Assembly (NCBI GenBank): GCA_002372135.1
Contig: DFIN01000001.1
Coordinates: 478 to 64,477, forward strand
Direction: 5' to 3'
Source: Bacteroidales bacterium UBA3696
GTDB lineage: Bacteria > Bacteroidota > Bacteroidia > Bacteroidales > Paludibacteraceae
Length of the DNA stretch: 64,000 bases
A program made the position numbers and the translations under genes. The notes under the pieces were generated by a model. The model did not search any database, was not told the origin of the DNA, and worked only from the letters and a program-made list of their open reading frames with translations. Position 1 is the first letter of the stretch, and each line of letters begins with the position of its first letter. Positions 57,001 to 63,836 of this stretch are shown one piece after another.

Positions 57001-59606
57001 ACTATGTTCACGTTCACGCCACTGCTGACGCTTATCGCACCAACGGAGAAGCCGCCAATACATTGTTAGACTTCACTTTGGGTGGTAGCGGCAATAATGA
57101 CGTGCCGCAACCTGTTGCCATTACGCTTTCCGCACAAACCGTAGGTGGCGAGGCACTGACCGATGCCGTTACGGCTACCCTTGCAGGCGCAAGCAACTGG
57201 ACGGATGTCGAGATAGGTCAAGGCAGTCACACTTTCTTTAGCGGCAATACGCTCAACCTGACCGCCGCCAAACCCGGCTATGTGTTCAGCCATTGGACCG
57301 TAAACGGCATCACCGTGGCGGGCGAGGATTACACCTACGCTTATACGGTAGGCGCAGCCGATGCCGCCATCGTAGCCGTCTTCGAGTTGGATACCCGTCC
57401 GTTCTACACCATCGCTGCCGAGACAGGCGGTCGCGGTACGGCAACGCTCACGGCAGACGGCTACAAGCCGCAGACCGGCAGCGGCTATTATGCCGAGAAC
57501 ACCAACGTAACGATAACCGTTGCAGCCGGTACGGGGGCTACCTTCCTCGGCTGGGACGACAATAACGACGGCACGGTTGACAACACGCAGAACCCGCGCA
57601 CCGTTACCGCTACGGCAGACAAGACCTATACGGCAGTCTTCGGTCTCGAATCGGCTGACCAAGCAGTCAATGTCTATCAGGCGGCTGCGGCAGACACCAC
57701 CAAGATTCTCTATAACCTCGACCCGAAGACAGGTGCTGACGGACTGACCTACCAACCCGTGGATATGGGTTACGGCGTGGCTTGGGCAGACCGCAATGTG
57801 GGTGCAAATCAGCCGACCAATGTAGGTAAGTATTTCTATTGGGGCGATACCGAAGGACATACGTCGTTTAATGCCTATCAGGCTTTGAACACGAGTAGTT
57901 ATACTTCGGGTACGACCTTGACACCTGATTTGGATGCTGCCACGCAACAGATAGGAACGGCTTGGCGTATGCCGACAGATGAAGAGTGGCTCGATTTGAG
58001 AAAAAACACCACCCAATCGGCTGATCACGGTACATTTATGAATAAAACCTATGCAGGAAATACCATTTATTTGCCCGCGAGCGGATTCTATGGTACAACG
58101 TATAGGAATTTGTATCTATATGGCGATGAGGGTCCGTGGACTTCTAAATTATTTACTAACTACCGTTTCTATTGGTCAAGTGTTTATTTCGTGCAGAATG
58201 CTTCTAATGGTCTTGCTTTCCCATATACGTTTGAAGATGTCGAAGCCGATGCTAACAACTACTATCATGTCAATACAAACGTAACGCTCAACAGCACATC
58301 CTACGGCTTCTTCGACTGTTTCGGTATGCCTGTCCGCGCTATCTACGAACCTGAATATCCGACTTATACGCTGACTATCAAGGTTGGCGGGCAGCAGTAC
58401 AAGTACATCTGCCAAGCCGGTCAGAACATCACTGTAACCGCCAATGCCACCACTGAAGGTTATGTCTTCGACGAATGGAAGATGGAAGACGGTACCACCA
58501 CCGATGAGACGGATACCCACCTTGCTACCCGCACGTTCACGATGACCGGTAACATCACCCGCACTGCCACCTTCAAGGAGGGGCAGTCAACCTTCACCGT
58601 TACATGGAAGAACGCAGACGGTACGACCCTCGAAACGGATGAACAGGTAGAAGCAGGTGCTACGCCTGCTTACGATGGCGAAACACCCGCTAAGGTGTCC
58701 GACGAGACGTATTACTACACCTTCGTAGGTTGGACCGATGGAGTTACCGACTATGCCGCTGACGAGGCTCTGCCTGCCGTAACCGGCGATGTTACCTATA
58801 CAGCCCGTTTCCAAGCCTACTTACGTGAACTCCTGCTCTTGGATTCGGAGGATGCAGACTATTACGACAATATCCGTCTGCTGAACGGTCAGCACTTCGA
58901 GCAAATCACCTATCGTCGCTCCGTGGCATACACCAAGGACGACAACGGCAATGCACGTTGGTACACGCTCACCCTGCCTTTCAATGCAGACCAAAGCCAA
59001 TTAGCAACCAACGGGCTGCTCCGCAAGGTCTATGAATACCGCTATGCCGAAGGTTCGGCGGACGAGAACGACCATGTTACCTTCCACTTCCGCGCTGCCA
59101 CCTCTATCATAGCCGGACGTGGTTATCTGGTCAAAGCCACTTCGCTTATGCCTACCGACTATGCCTTCGCGGATGTTACACTCGATACGGGTAAGGATAC
59201 AGAAACGGATGTCAATAAACTCAAATACAATTCCGCTAACGCTTACAAAGAGAGTGGCGATATAGCCATCGTGGGTGTATTGCGCCACGGCACATTGAGT
59301 CAAGACGGACGCAAAGTGATGGGCTTGGCAAACAATAAGATTTGGTATCCGCACACGAATGGTAACCCCATGCCTGCTTACCGCGCGTACTTCTACAACC
59401 CCAATGCTACCAAGAATATACCTCGTGTACGCATTGTAGTAGAGGGTGAAGGAGAGACCGAGTTGGAAGTAGTGGATGGCGAACTCTATGATGCAGGCGG
59501 GGACGACCGCGCTCCCGGCAACAATGTGCGCAAGTACATGGAGAACGGCATTCTTATCATTGAGCGCAACGGCGAACGCTTCAACGCACAAGGAAAGAGG
59601 CTATAG
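48033..59606 (+). CDS. giant (3857 aa) modular surface protein: signal peptide, degenerate LRR region, InlB-B repeats, five FISUMP/DUF1566-like modules, shared C-terminal domain and tail
   Basis: MKKFFSFCLVIAAVFLTLSPQIARAQ. LP..L...CY..MF repeats. Many G/HY.F..W repeats. Five Y.PVDMG.GVAWA.KN.G...WRMP...E...L...FIPAAG...PVRAVY modules. Tail is VRKYMENGILIIERNGERFNAQGKRL. Uninterrupted 11.6-kb ORF. Confidence 0.9.
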   Translation: MKKFFSFCLVIAAVFLTLSPQIARAQLNEYFSIRSTWSGATTTITFNGSVSVDLWYSTDKSNWTQITETTNIPTYNKTYFKGNNPTGFSTSTTDFVQFLAGGTSQVYYLEGNIMSLINGNDFATNYSTIPSDYCFYSLFTNKAGLSSGYTETNWYAGDLLLPADYLTPHCYESMFERTYVKTQPQLPAQHLAEYCYHKMYYTSMSLDMRTSYPATPIEYILPAEELVPHCYEHMFGIYNNNPTIYQYVTIMATSLQDRRGEDIENCLKEMFYYGVALSSTSGKYTKYFVQLFFTNWGDVSKTTCPTYNWFGGNYNCSGNYFFYDANLSWSVSNIKLGYSGIKSQFPNGAYSCETNNCTSFWVPEDYNYLTFDCKTNGGTWEADDDYNTDLRRVVRAGYTAKTVPAAPHKLGCTFLGWYTAPSGGTKVDNATILSQTTAQTYYAQFIPNDVDYTITIANGEHGHVVVTRNNEPTATYTTTSSVHNMSELTITAVPDAGYRFKAWTGDAATIKTAEDNGTTYYLVNDITVGATFEADECTVTINTPASNGTLAASDGTNNYASGNTYTFNRQLDLNKVLTFTATPATHRLFTGFTVTGAELSNITAAHTPYQYDDVVTAQYTITASTPDEVTVDATFVKPTYTVSTSITGKNGGYVTLTADGYADQTGSGTYDIDTRVTLTATPNNAMFKFVKWTDNDSDNPVRVITALTSDIALSAEFDLEGELWSAPATVDVYSSGVTPTCTSTITTSNYRILYNLDPVKGSDNITYTPVDMGAGVAWADKNIGATDPTKAGSYFYWGGTKAYGEEGYTTVSSSNYYKGVADMTATTSTAVAAQYPLPTEADAATQKMGGQWRMPTYYEMNNLISSTYTSSAQVNYNYTVTNKYYTDDKIFIPAGGRYETTLSKGAAYLWTSTVAGKNGASSKPWVYYNHAMRGNVTTTGNSVAYYALPVRAVYVPSFETCTLQVLVYWASTLKWTYNYICEVGQTVTIRQHPAASGYKLSAWRENTYSGTELSTDNSYTVTLTGNQTIAAHYISATTYQLTTKASPLKGGTVDGGGYYPTGTSVTLTATPNANYRFVRWSDGNTDNPRTYTTTNAAVTLTAEFEGYVTGVTSSTANVDVFAYTANTNCYKILYDLPSEVNGYRPVDMGNGVAWANKNLGAADSTASGNYYVWGTTSPFTSVATGTYYAGAMDIPLTTSTTLSAQYALPADSDAATVNMGERWRMPNYAEIYYLANPNGATEAGAAATGFTYTNKLSGEKLFIPAAGYHNKVGNTPSSTPTSGTYFWGSTVGKFNANGYQCVASCYQSGGALYNNTTYGYVYYAMPVRAVYVPPFETCTLKVTVTGLNQVGNGTSTYYYYYICEVGQRIRITAQPHSVGSTGFTYAFTQWTDDDNSSAVVGTDPTLDFVIAGNTNYTATFASTTNFSTIHALPQPRSGGYVYGVGRYKNGVTTRLHAVPEEGWTFVRWEDNNSTNPYREITVNGDASYNAVFTSAVPAAASAHKYVNVWHEATTTTTETLYDGSPLETCTLTVKTYQSNSAKATYNFVCEKGQTVTVSAFTNTANYSLLHWTNLEYDIMSYDPTVELVVTEDITYIATFYTTRATTRTLTLDCTPREGAIFDGAIKGNTNHIGVYEDGQVTKLVCHPNPHYRFLYWDDDHSLTDTARIVTVTEDRTYTAVLEMDYDLTTVHSEDAFAQVYQGGTYQGTYLRYALPGYDANGYRPVDVGVGVAWANKNIGAADSTKAGDYFVWGLTTPATTVSSSGTNYWTGVTSMSSTLTSSNTAVQYPLPAANDAATQIMGERWRMATYQEIYNLANVTGSGSTEEGQASAGFRYTNKEDNSQFIFIPAAGCKKTSGTETVTTGTTHFWGSTVKSVSAASSQPTYYLNGGCSAGSTTYYAWNAMPIRAVYVPPFQTCSVTVKTPTNQYMYICEVGQRITITAFYGAATATSQNYRVRDWIDQNNVIVSTDQTYSFIALSNVTLTVNFVAPTTKRTLTFNVSPAGTGTVNNLATFVGNYEDGQHVRIPVKAAENYRFSHWSDDENNTDPNRIFTATANATYTAVFEPDEAQAADAHIAQAATRDTTKILYPLPVLTKNNMFYTPVDMGTGTAWCDYNVGVTNPTSPNGYYFLWGGNANKTSTYKTTTYTSGAVTNTTEGGDLPYNTTYDAALYQMGTGWRVPSKEQWDALVDKCSTETENTFVNPTDATKSITLPKAGSYAPNTTSNYSTLSNNPALAAYWSRTLAHKDNTAYNSQPWCYLDGEVKYGADIPISGRQGYVSYGMPVRAVYQPSFTPCTLTVRYTNDEEVTRTNTYLCQPGQPVRITAIPSEGYVFKKWNDNDTHAERTIFISEDMTLTAEFEEANAGSALIITQVNNGEWGSVTGGGEYDKGAAVTLTAQPEEHYHFVKWQLNDADIVGGATLNFTATAIATYKAFFAIDEHTLTTTATNGTVTGGGTYDYGTTGVTLTATADDHYHFVKWQLNGEDIPGEASLTVDVTADATYNAVFAIDRHTLSVTATNGTATGSGEYDYGTVVTLGVTPDEHYHFVSWSDDGAQSHSVTVTADAEYTATCSIDRFTLTVNGSNATVTGAGEYDYNTQVTVTVSPDMGYNFVRWTDGETNPSRIVTMTENKTLAYETVYVPSYAITTVANGGVIYQTADRYEQQNGPTTYSYMNGTVLTLEVAASFGYAFTGWSDGNSDNPRVVTVTEAKTYTAEFDEQTHIVFHKTTGVLDFPTYAKNTFAVIGETDDVTFRLYFNTAISTNKTDYLSNLSLDASQSYIQPTVGAKRTIASATVANVEYFGNQIRAAHLTAMLTDTEGRTYDVDIYTNEMINYATYQEDYTYKYYSSYLSTESSWVSGRTLFKAGEENNFPLNIVNANYHTLGYWYSIAGSSAYDIINIKLQFITDESKPGVVPTGVYPINSTQQPGTAFIGVIPSNYIERQTNNNALNYGCVVFRDYHDQSTYVRTTDNWTLRGGYIEVVNVDEQYYVHVHATADAYRTNGEAANTLLDFTLGGSGNNDVPQPVAITLSAQTVGGEALTDAVTATLAGASNWTDVEIGQGSHTFFSGNTLNLTAAKPGYVFSHWTVNGITVAGEDYTYAYTVGAADAAIVAVFELDTRPFYTIAAETGGRGTATLTADGYKPQTGSGYYAENTNVTITVAAGTGATFLGWDDNNDGTVDNTQNPRTVTATADKTYTAVFGLESADQAVNVYQAAAADTTKILYNLDPKTGADGLTYQPVDMGYGVAWADRNVGANQPTNVGKYFYWGDTEGHTSFNAYQALNTSSYTSGTTLTPDLDAATQQIGTAWRMPTDEEWLDLRKNTTQSADHGTFMNKTYAGNTIYLPASGFYGTTYRNLYLYGDEGPWTSKLFTNYRFYWSSVYFVQNASNGLAFPYTFEDVEADANNYYHVNTNVTLNSTSYGFFDCFGMPVRAIYEPEYPTYTLTIKVGGQQYKYICQAGQNITVTANATTEGYVFDEWKMEDGTTTDETDTHLATRTFTMTGNITRTATFKEGQSTFTVTWKNADGTTLETDEQVEAGATPAYDGETPAKVSDETYYYTFVGWTDGVTDYAADEALPAVTGDVTYTARFQAYLRELLLLDSEDADYYDNIRLLNGQHFEQITYRRSVAYTKDDNGNARWYTLTLPFNADQSQLATNGLLRKVYEYRYAEGSADENDHVTFHFRAATSIIAGRGYLVKATSLMPTDYAFADVTLDTGKDTETDVNKLKYNSANAYKESGDIAIVGVLRHGTLSQDGRKVMGLANNKIWYPHTNGNPMPAYRAYFYNPNATKNIPRVRIVVEGEGETELEVVDGELYDAGGDDRAPGNNVRKYMENGILIIERNGERFNAQGKRL

Positions 59607-59675
59607 AAGTAAGAGGTTAGACCACTGCGTTGTTAGAAGTAAGAACCTAACCTCTAACAGCGTAGCGGTCTATCT

Positions 59676-59713
59676 AAAAGGAGAGTGTGCCAAGATTGGC
59701 ACACTCTCTTTTT
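59676..59713. terminator. bidirectional intrinsic terminator after the giant gene
   Basis: AAAAG-GAGAGTGTGCC-aagatt-GGCACACTCTC-TTTTT. Confidence 0.7.
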
Positions 59714-59745
59714 AGATATTCCGTTTTTATTACCCTAATATCTGA

Positions 59746-59883
59746 TTAAAACAAGTCCTCGGTATTTGCCGCGTGATAAACCTTGCCGTTTCTCGCATCT
59801 TCAATGGCTTTCAATGTTTCTGCATTAGGCACATCAACAGCTGTATCATTGATAATCTTTATTTTTTTGATGGAACGAATCAT
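59746..59883 (-). CDS. 45-aa orphan ORF resembling the C-terminal part of RelB/DinJ-type antitoxins
   Basis: MIRSIKKIKIINDTAVDVPNAETLKAIEDARNGKVYHAANTEDLF. The NAET..AIE.AR.G......EDLF pattern is common in small antitoxins. No partner toxin is seen. Confidence 0.3.
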   Translation of the reverse strand: MIRSIKKIKIINDTAVDVPNAETLKAIEDARNGKVYHAANTEDLF

Positions 59884-59913
59884 TTCAACAAGATTAATAT
59901 TTACAAAAAAAAG

Positions 59914-59984
59914 AGCGGCATAAGGGAGTCGAACCCTCCTCCTCAGCTTGGGAAGCTGATGCACTACCGATGTGCTAATGCCGC
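59914..59984 (-). tRNA. tRNA-Gly (anticodon CCC)
   Basis: Hand-folded 71 nt: GCGGCAT/ATGCCGC acceptor, GCAC/GTGC D stem, TCAGC-TTCCCAA-GCTGA anticodon arm, GAGGG-TTCGACT-CCCTT T arm, discriminator T. No encoded CCA. Confidence 0.85.
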
Positions 59985-60078
59985 AATTATTCGTTATCAA
60001 ATACGGCGCAAAAGTAGAGCAATTAGCTGGGTGTAGCAAATTTTTTGCAAAAAACTTGGCATTTTTCTTGCAACCCGC

Positions 60079-60086
60079 TACTTTTG
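60079..60086 (+). promoter_or_regulatory. TAnnTTTG -7 box upstream of the TrmH-family gene
   Basis: TACTTTTG, 28 nt before ATG 60114. Confidence 0.4.
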
Positions 60087-60113
60087 CCCGCGTTTTAATC
60101 GGTTGAATAGCCT

Positions 60114-60902
60114 ATGACACCTTTCTTGCAAGAGATGCCGCTGACCCGCGCGGAAAGCAAATGGATCAGTAGGTTGCGACAGAAGAAATACCGCGACGAA
60201 ACAGGCTGCTTTATGGCGGAGGGACGTAAGTGTATCGAAGAGTTAGCGGCAGGATTTGACGGACGTTTGTTGGTTGTTCGCGACCAAGCCCCCGACTTAG
60301 AAGGATTTGCGTCGCTCAGACAAGTAACCGCCAGGCAGATGGCTGAACTCTCGTTGCTGACCACCCCTACCGACTACCTCGCTGTGTTTCTGTCCGCACC
60401 TGTCCGCCGTGCGGAAAACACGGATTCGCTGATTCTGGCGTTGGATGGGGTGCAAGACCCCGGCAACATGGGCACTATTCTGCGCACTTGCGACTGGATG
60501 GGGGTAAGTCAAGTGCTTTGTTCCCGCCAGACAGCCGACTGTTTTGCTCCCAAAGTGGTGCAAGCCACCATGGGAGCCCTCGCGCACCTTACCGTCACCT
60601 ATACCGACCTGCCCGAAACACTCTGCCAACTTCGCTCCGAACAAGGATATGCTGTGTTGGGTACCACCCTTGAAGGGCACGATATCTACCAATCTGCCGC
60701 CTTGGCAGATGCCGAGAAAGTCGTATTGGTTATGGGTAACGAAGGTAATGGACTGACGCCTGCAGTTCGTCAATGCCTTGACGAGCAACTGTTCCTGCCC
60801 GCCTACGGAGTCAGCCATGTGGAGAGCCTCAATGTAGCCGTGGCTACAGCGTGGGTGTTGGCAGAATATCGCCGAATCCATTCGTCTGCTATCACTCTTT
60901 AG
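60114..60902 (+). CDS. TrmH/SpoU-family RNA 2'-O-methyltransferase
   Basis: GVQDPGNMGTILRTCDWMGV, VLVMGNEGNGL, ESLNVAVATAWVLAEY. Confidence 0.85.
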   Translation: MTPFLQEMPLTRAESKWISRLRQKKYRDETGCFMAEGRKCIEELAAGFDGRLLVVRDQAPDLEGFASLRQVTARQMAELSLLTTPTDYLAVFLSAPVRRAENTDSLILALDGVQDPGNMGTILRTCDWMGVSQVLCSRQTADCFAPKVVQATMGALAHLTVTYTDLPETLCQLRSEQGYAVLGTTLEGHDIYQSAALADAEKVVLVMGNEGNGLTPAVRQCLDEQLFLPAYGVSHVESLNVAVATAWVLAEYRRIHSSAITL

Positions 60903-60911
60903 ACTGCTTGT

Positions 60912-61499
60912 ATGATGAAGATAGGTATTTACGGCGGTTCGTTTAATCCCATTCATTTCGGACACATCGGATTGGCAGTGTGGACCCTGACCCATACTGA
61001 CTTGGACGAACTATGGCTGATGGTTACTCCGTCCAATCCCCTCAAAGATGCCGAGATGTTGCAAGCCAACGAGCAGCAACGCCTCCGTGCAGCACGGCAT
61101 ACCGTTGAGCAAGTAAATGAGCAGTATGCCGGCGAATTGAACGGCAAACGGCTGCGGGTCAGCGATTGGGAGTTCCATCTTCCCCGTCCGTCCTATACGG
61201 CACAAACGCTGCGTACACTCATGCAGCAATTCCCCGAACACGCTTTTACGCTCCTTATCGGCGAAGATAATTGGCAACTCTTCCCACGGTGGCGGGAATG
61301 GCAATGGATCGTGCAGCATGTGCCCATCCTTGTTTATCCCCGCCATACCTCTGCTTTATCTTCTGATAATAATCCCGTTTCTACGGCAGAGTCAAAGGAA
61401 TTTCTTCCTGAAAGCGCCTCCGTGATATTCCTAAAAGATGCACCTTATTTCGATATAAGCAGTACGCAACTACGCGCTGAGGCAGAAAAAACGACTTAA
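60912..61499 (+). CDS. nadD: nicotinate-nucleotide adenylyltransferase
   Basis: IGIYGGSFNPIHFGHIGLA (H/TxGH motif), ISSTQLR. Confidence 0.9.
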   Translation: MMKIGIYGGSFNPIHFGHIGLAVWTLTHTDLDELWLMVTPSNPLKDAEMLQANEQQRLRAARHTVEQVNEQYAGELNGKRLRVSDWEFHLPRPSYTAQTLRTLMQQFPEHAFTLLIGEDNWQLFPRWREWQWIVQHVPILVYPRHTSALSSDNNPVSTAESKEFLPESASVIFLKDAPYFDISSTQLRAEAEKTT

Positions 61500-61590
61500 C
61501 CGAAAATAAATTTGCATACCCGCTGAAAAGACTCTACTTTTGCCGCCGCTTTTCAAAAAGGCATATTAACTTCAAAAGAAACACGTATAA

Positions 61591-61839
61591 ATGACCAGAA
61601 CCACTTTTAATCGTTTGCGGGAGGTGAAAGATGCGCTTCCGCACGGTAGTTCGGCTGTGATTGCTGCCGAACTGGGTATCACAGCCGATGATGTAAGAGA
61701 CTTCTTTCGGGGTACGGCAACGCCCGAAACAGGCTATCACATTGAGTCCGGACCGGACGGAGGCATTGTTGTAATGGAGAATACACGAATCTTAGAGGTC
61801 GCCCTACGCCTTGCATGGGAACAGAAAAATGGATTGTAA
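61591..61839 (+). CDS. small hypothetical protein
   Basis: 82-aa ORF 49 nt after TACTTTTG (61535-61542). No recognisable domain. Confidence 0.4.
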   Translation: MTRTTFNRLREVKDALPHGSSAVIAAELGITADDVRDFFRGTATPETGYHIESGPDGGIVVMENTRILEVALRLAWEQKNGL

Positions 61840-62791
61840 GAAGATGTTTGCGGCAGCCCTTGTGTTAGCAGGACTGTCTTGGGGGCAGAGTGAGATGGTG
61901 GCCCAAAACGGTTCGACCGGCAGTAGCGATATTGAGTTTGCCTACGATGCCGGTGCAGAGGTGGTAAGTGCCTACTTGTGGCGCGGACAATACTTGGGCG
62001 GACTTAGTTTTCAACCCGATGCCGAAGTGGGCTTTAATGCTTTGGGCGGCGATGTTACGTTCCGTGCCGGTTTGTGGGCTAACATAGGTGCTTCGGACTG
62101 GAAATTCCAAAAAGATTTGGCCGAATTGCCAGGGTATAATCCCAATACCTATTTTGTTCCTGAGTTAGACGTGATGCTTACCGCCACCGCCTATGGCGCC
62201 AGCGTAGGTTTCACCCACTATTACTATTGCGACGGCACAAACTTCTTCGCATGGAAGAATGCTACTGACAATGCAATGGACGACAACTCGTCGTCCACCG
62301 AATTCTGGTTCGGCTACAACTTCGACCACTTCTTCGGCGTAGGGGCTTACATCAACTGGTACACCACCATCGCCGGTCGCGACCTGTTGCCTGAAACAGA
62401 CCTGAAGAAATTAGCGAATGGACAGACGCATCGCAATGCCTTTTCCACTTACATCGAACTGGGTTATGACTATGACTTGAGCCAAACGGGCATCCAATGG
62501 ATGGACGGCATTACCGTAGGTGCACAGATGGGCATTTCGCCTTGGGAGAGCGAGGAGATGTACTACAACACCCGCTTTGCCGTGGTCAATTTGGCTCTGT
62601 CGTTGCACAAGGAATGGGAGTTTGACATCTGCACGCTCGACCTATTCGCCGTAGGCAGTCTCAACCCCTACCAAATGAATGACAAGAACGGCTATTGCTA
62701 TAGTTCGGACGCCTTTGTAGATGCTGCCGGTGACGACAAACGCTATATGCAACCGCTCAACGGCACCATCGGTTTGGGCGTGTGGTTCTAA
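61829..62791 (+). CDS. outer-membrane beta-barrel protein (hypothetical)
   Basis: Signal peptide MDCKKMFAAALVLAGLSWGQSEMVAQ, aromatic-rich strands, terminal ...GLGVWF. Confidence 0.65.
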   Translation: MDCKKMFAAALVLAGLSWGQSEMVAQNGSTGSSDIEFAYDAGAEVVSAYLWRGQYLGGLSFQPDAEVGFNALGGDVTFRAGLWANIGASDWKFQKDLAELPGYNPNTYFVPELDVMLTATAYGASVGFTHYYYCDGTNFFAWKNATDNAMDDNSSSTEFWFGYNFDHFFGVGAYINWYTTIAGRDLLPETDLKKLANGQTHRNAFSTYIELGYDYDLSQTGIQWMDGITVGAQMGISPWESEEMYYNTRFAVVNLALSLHKEWEFDICTLDLFAVGSLNPYQMNDKNGYCYSSDAFVDAAGDDKRYMQPLNGTIGLGVWF

Positions 62792-62822
62792 ACACAGTGC
62801 CTAATCCGTTCAAACAAAGACT

Positions 62823-63824
62823 ATGAACCGCCAACGTATGTTGATATCGCTCACGCTGATAGCCCTCACAGTAGGGCTATTGGTGTGGAATCAAACGGCC
62901 GAACAGCCCGCTCGCTATTTCCGCAACGAAGGGCGTATCTTCGGCACGGTGTACAACATACAGTATGAGGCGCATAAAGACCTGCACGATAGTATTCTTG
63001 CCACACTCCGACAAGTTGATTCCACCCTCTCTATGTTCAATAGTCGTTCCTTGATTGCCCGTATCAACCGAGGAGAAGACATCGCCACTACCGCAGACTT
63101 TGAAGCGGTGTTCCAAGAAGCGCAGCGTATATCCGTATTGTCCGACGGGGCATTTGATATCACGGTCGCACCCCTGGTAAACGCATGGGGATTTGGATTT
63201 CAGAACAAGGCTACCATCACGCCGCAGCGTATTGACTCGTTGCGCGAACTGGTGGGCTACGACAAAGTGTCGCTTGTACAGCACCATATCCGCAAAACGG
63301 ACATCCGCGTCCAAATGGATGCGGGAGCGATAGCCAAAGGATTTGCCTGCGACCAAGTAGCCAAACGGTTGCAGCAGTTGGGGTGTCAGAACCTGTTGGT
63401 GGAAATAGGTGGGGAAATAGTGGCTAAAGGCACTAACAGTCAAGGGCAACCATGGACAATCGGTATTTCCAAACCCGTGGATGACCCGGCAGGTATGCAA
63501 CGCCAACTGCAAGACAAACTGACCACTACCGATTTGTGTATGGCAACTTCGGGTAACTACCGCAATTTTTACTACGAAGGAACGGAACGACGAAGCCATA
63601 CCATCGACCCGCGAACCGGCTATCCGGTGCAACACTCGCTCCTATCCGCCTCGGTAACTGCCTCCTCTTGTATGCGCGCTGACGCATTGGCTACGGCTTG
63701 TATGGTCATGGGTGAAGACGATGCTATTCGGTTGATAGACAAAGTGGCAGATGCTGAATGTTACCTTATCATTGCCGAACAGGATAGTCTGCGCATACGA
63801 ACGTCAACTCATTGGCTGAAATAA
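62823..63824 (+). CDS. apbE: FAD:protein FMN transferase
   Basis: FDITVAPLVNAWGFG, IAKGFACD, SGNYRNF, HTIDPRTGYP. Confidence 0.9.
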   Translation: MNRQRMLISLTLIALTVGLLVWNQTAEQPARYFRNEGRIFGTVYNIQYEAHKDLHDSILATLRQVDSTLSMFNSRSLIARINRGEDIATTADFEAVFQEAQRISVLSDGAFDITVAPLVNAWGFGFQNKATITPQRIDSLRELVGYDKVSLVQHHIRKTDIRVQMDAGAIAKGFACDQVAKRLQQLGCQNLLVEIGGEIVAKGTNSQGQPWTIGISKPVDDPAGMQRQLQDKLTTTDLCMATSGNYRNFYYEGTERRSHTIDPRTGYPVQHSLLSASVTASSCMRADALATACMVMGEDDAIRLIDKVADAECYLIIAEQDSLRIRTSTHWLK

Positions 63825-63836
63825 GAAAATCATCGG

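Noticed and set aside
48033-59606. Diversity-generating retroelement acting on the lectin-like modules.
   Set aside because: No reverse-transcriptase ORF appears in any frame of the window. I saw no template/variable repeat pair with adenine-specific mismatches. The modules differ throughout, not at A positions only.
59746-60039. 97-aa ORF spanning the tRNA-Gly.
   Set aside because: The upstream two-thirds is the reverse reading of a well-folding tRNA. Only the 45-aa part downstream of the tRNA was kept, as a low-confidence ORF.
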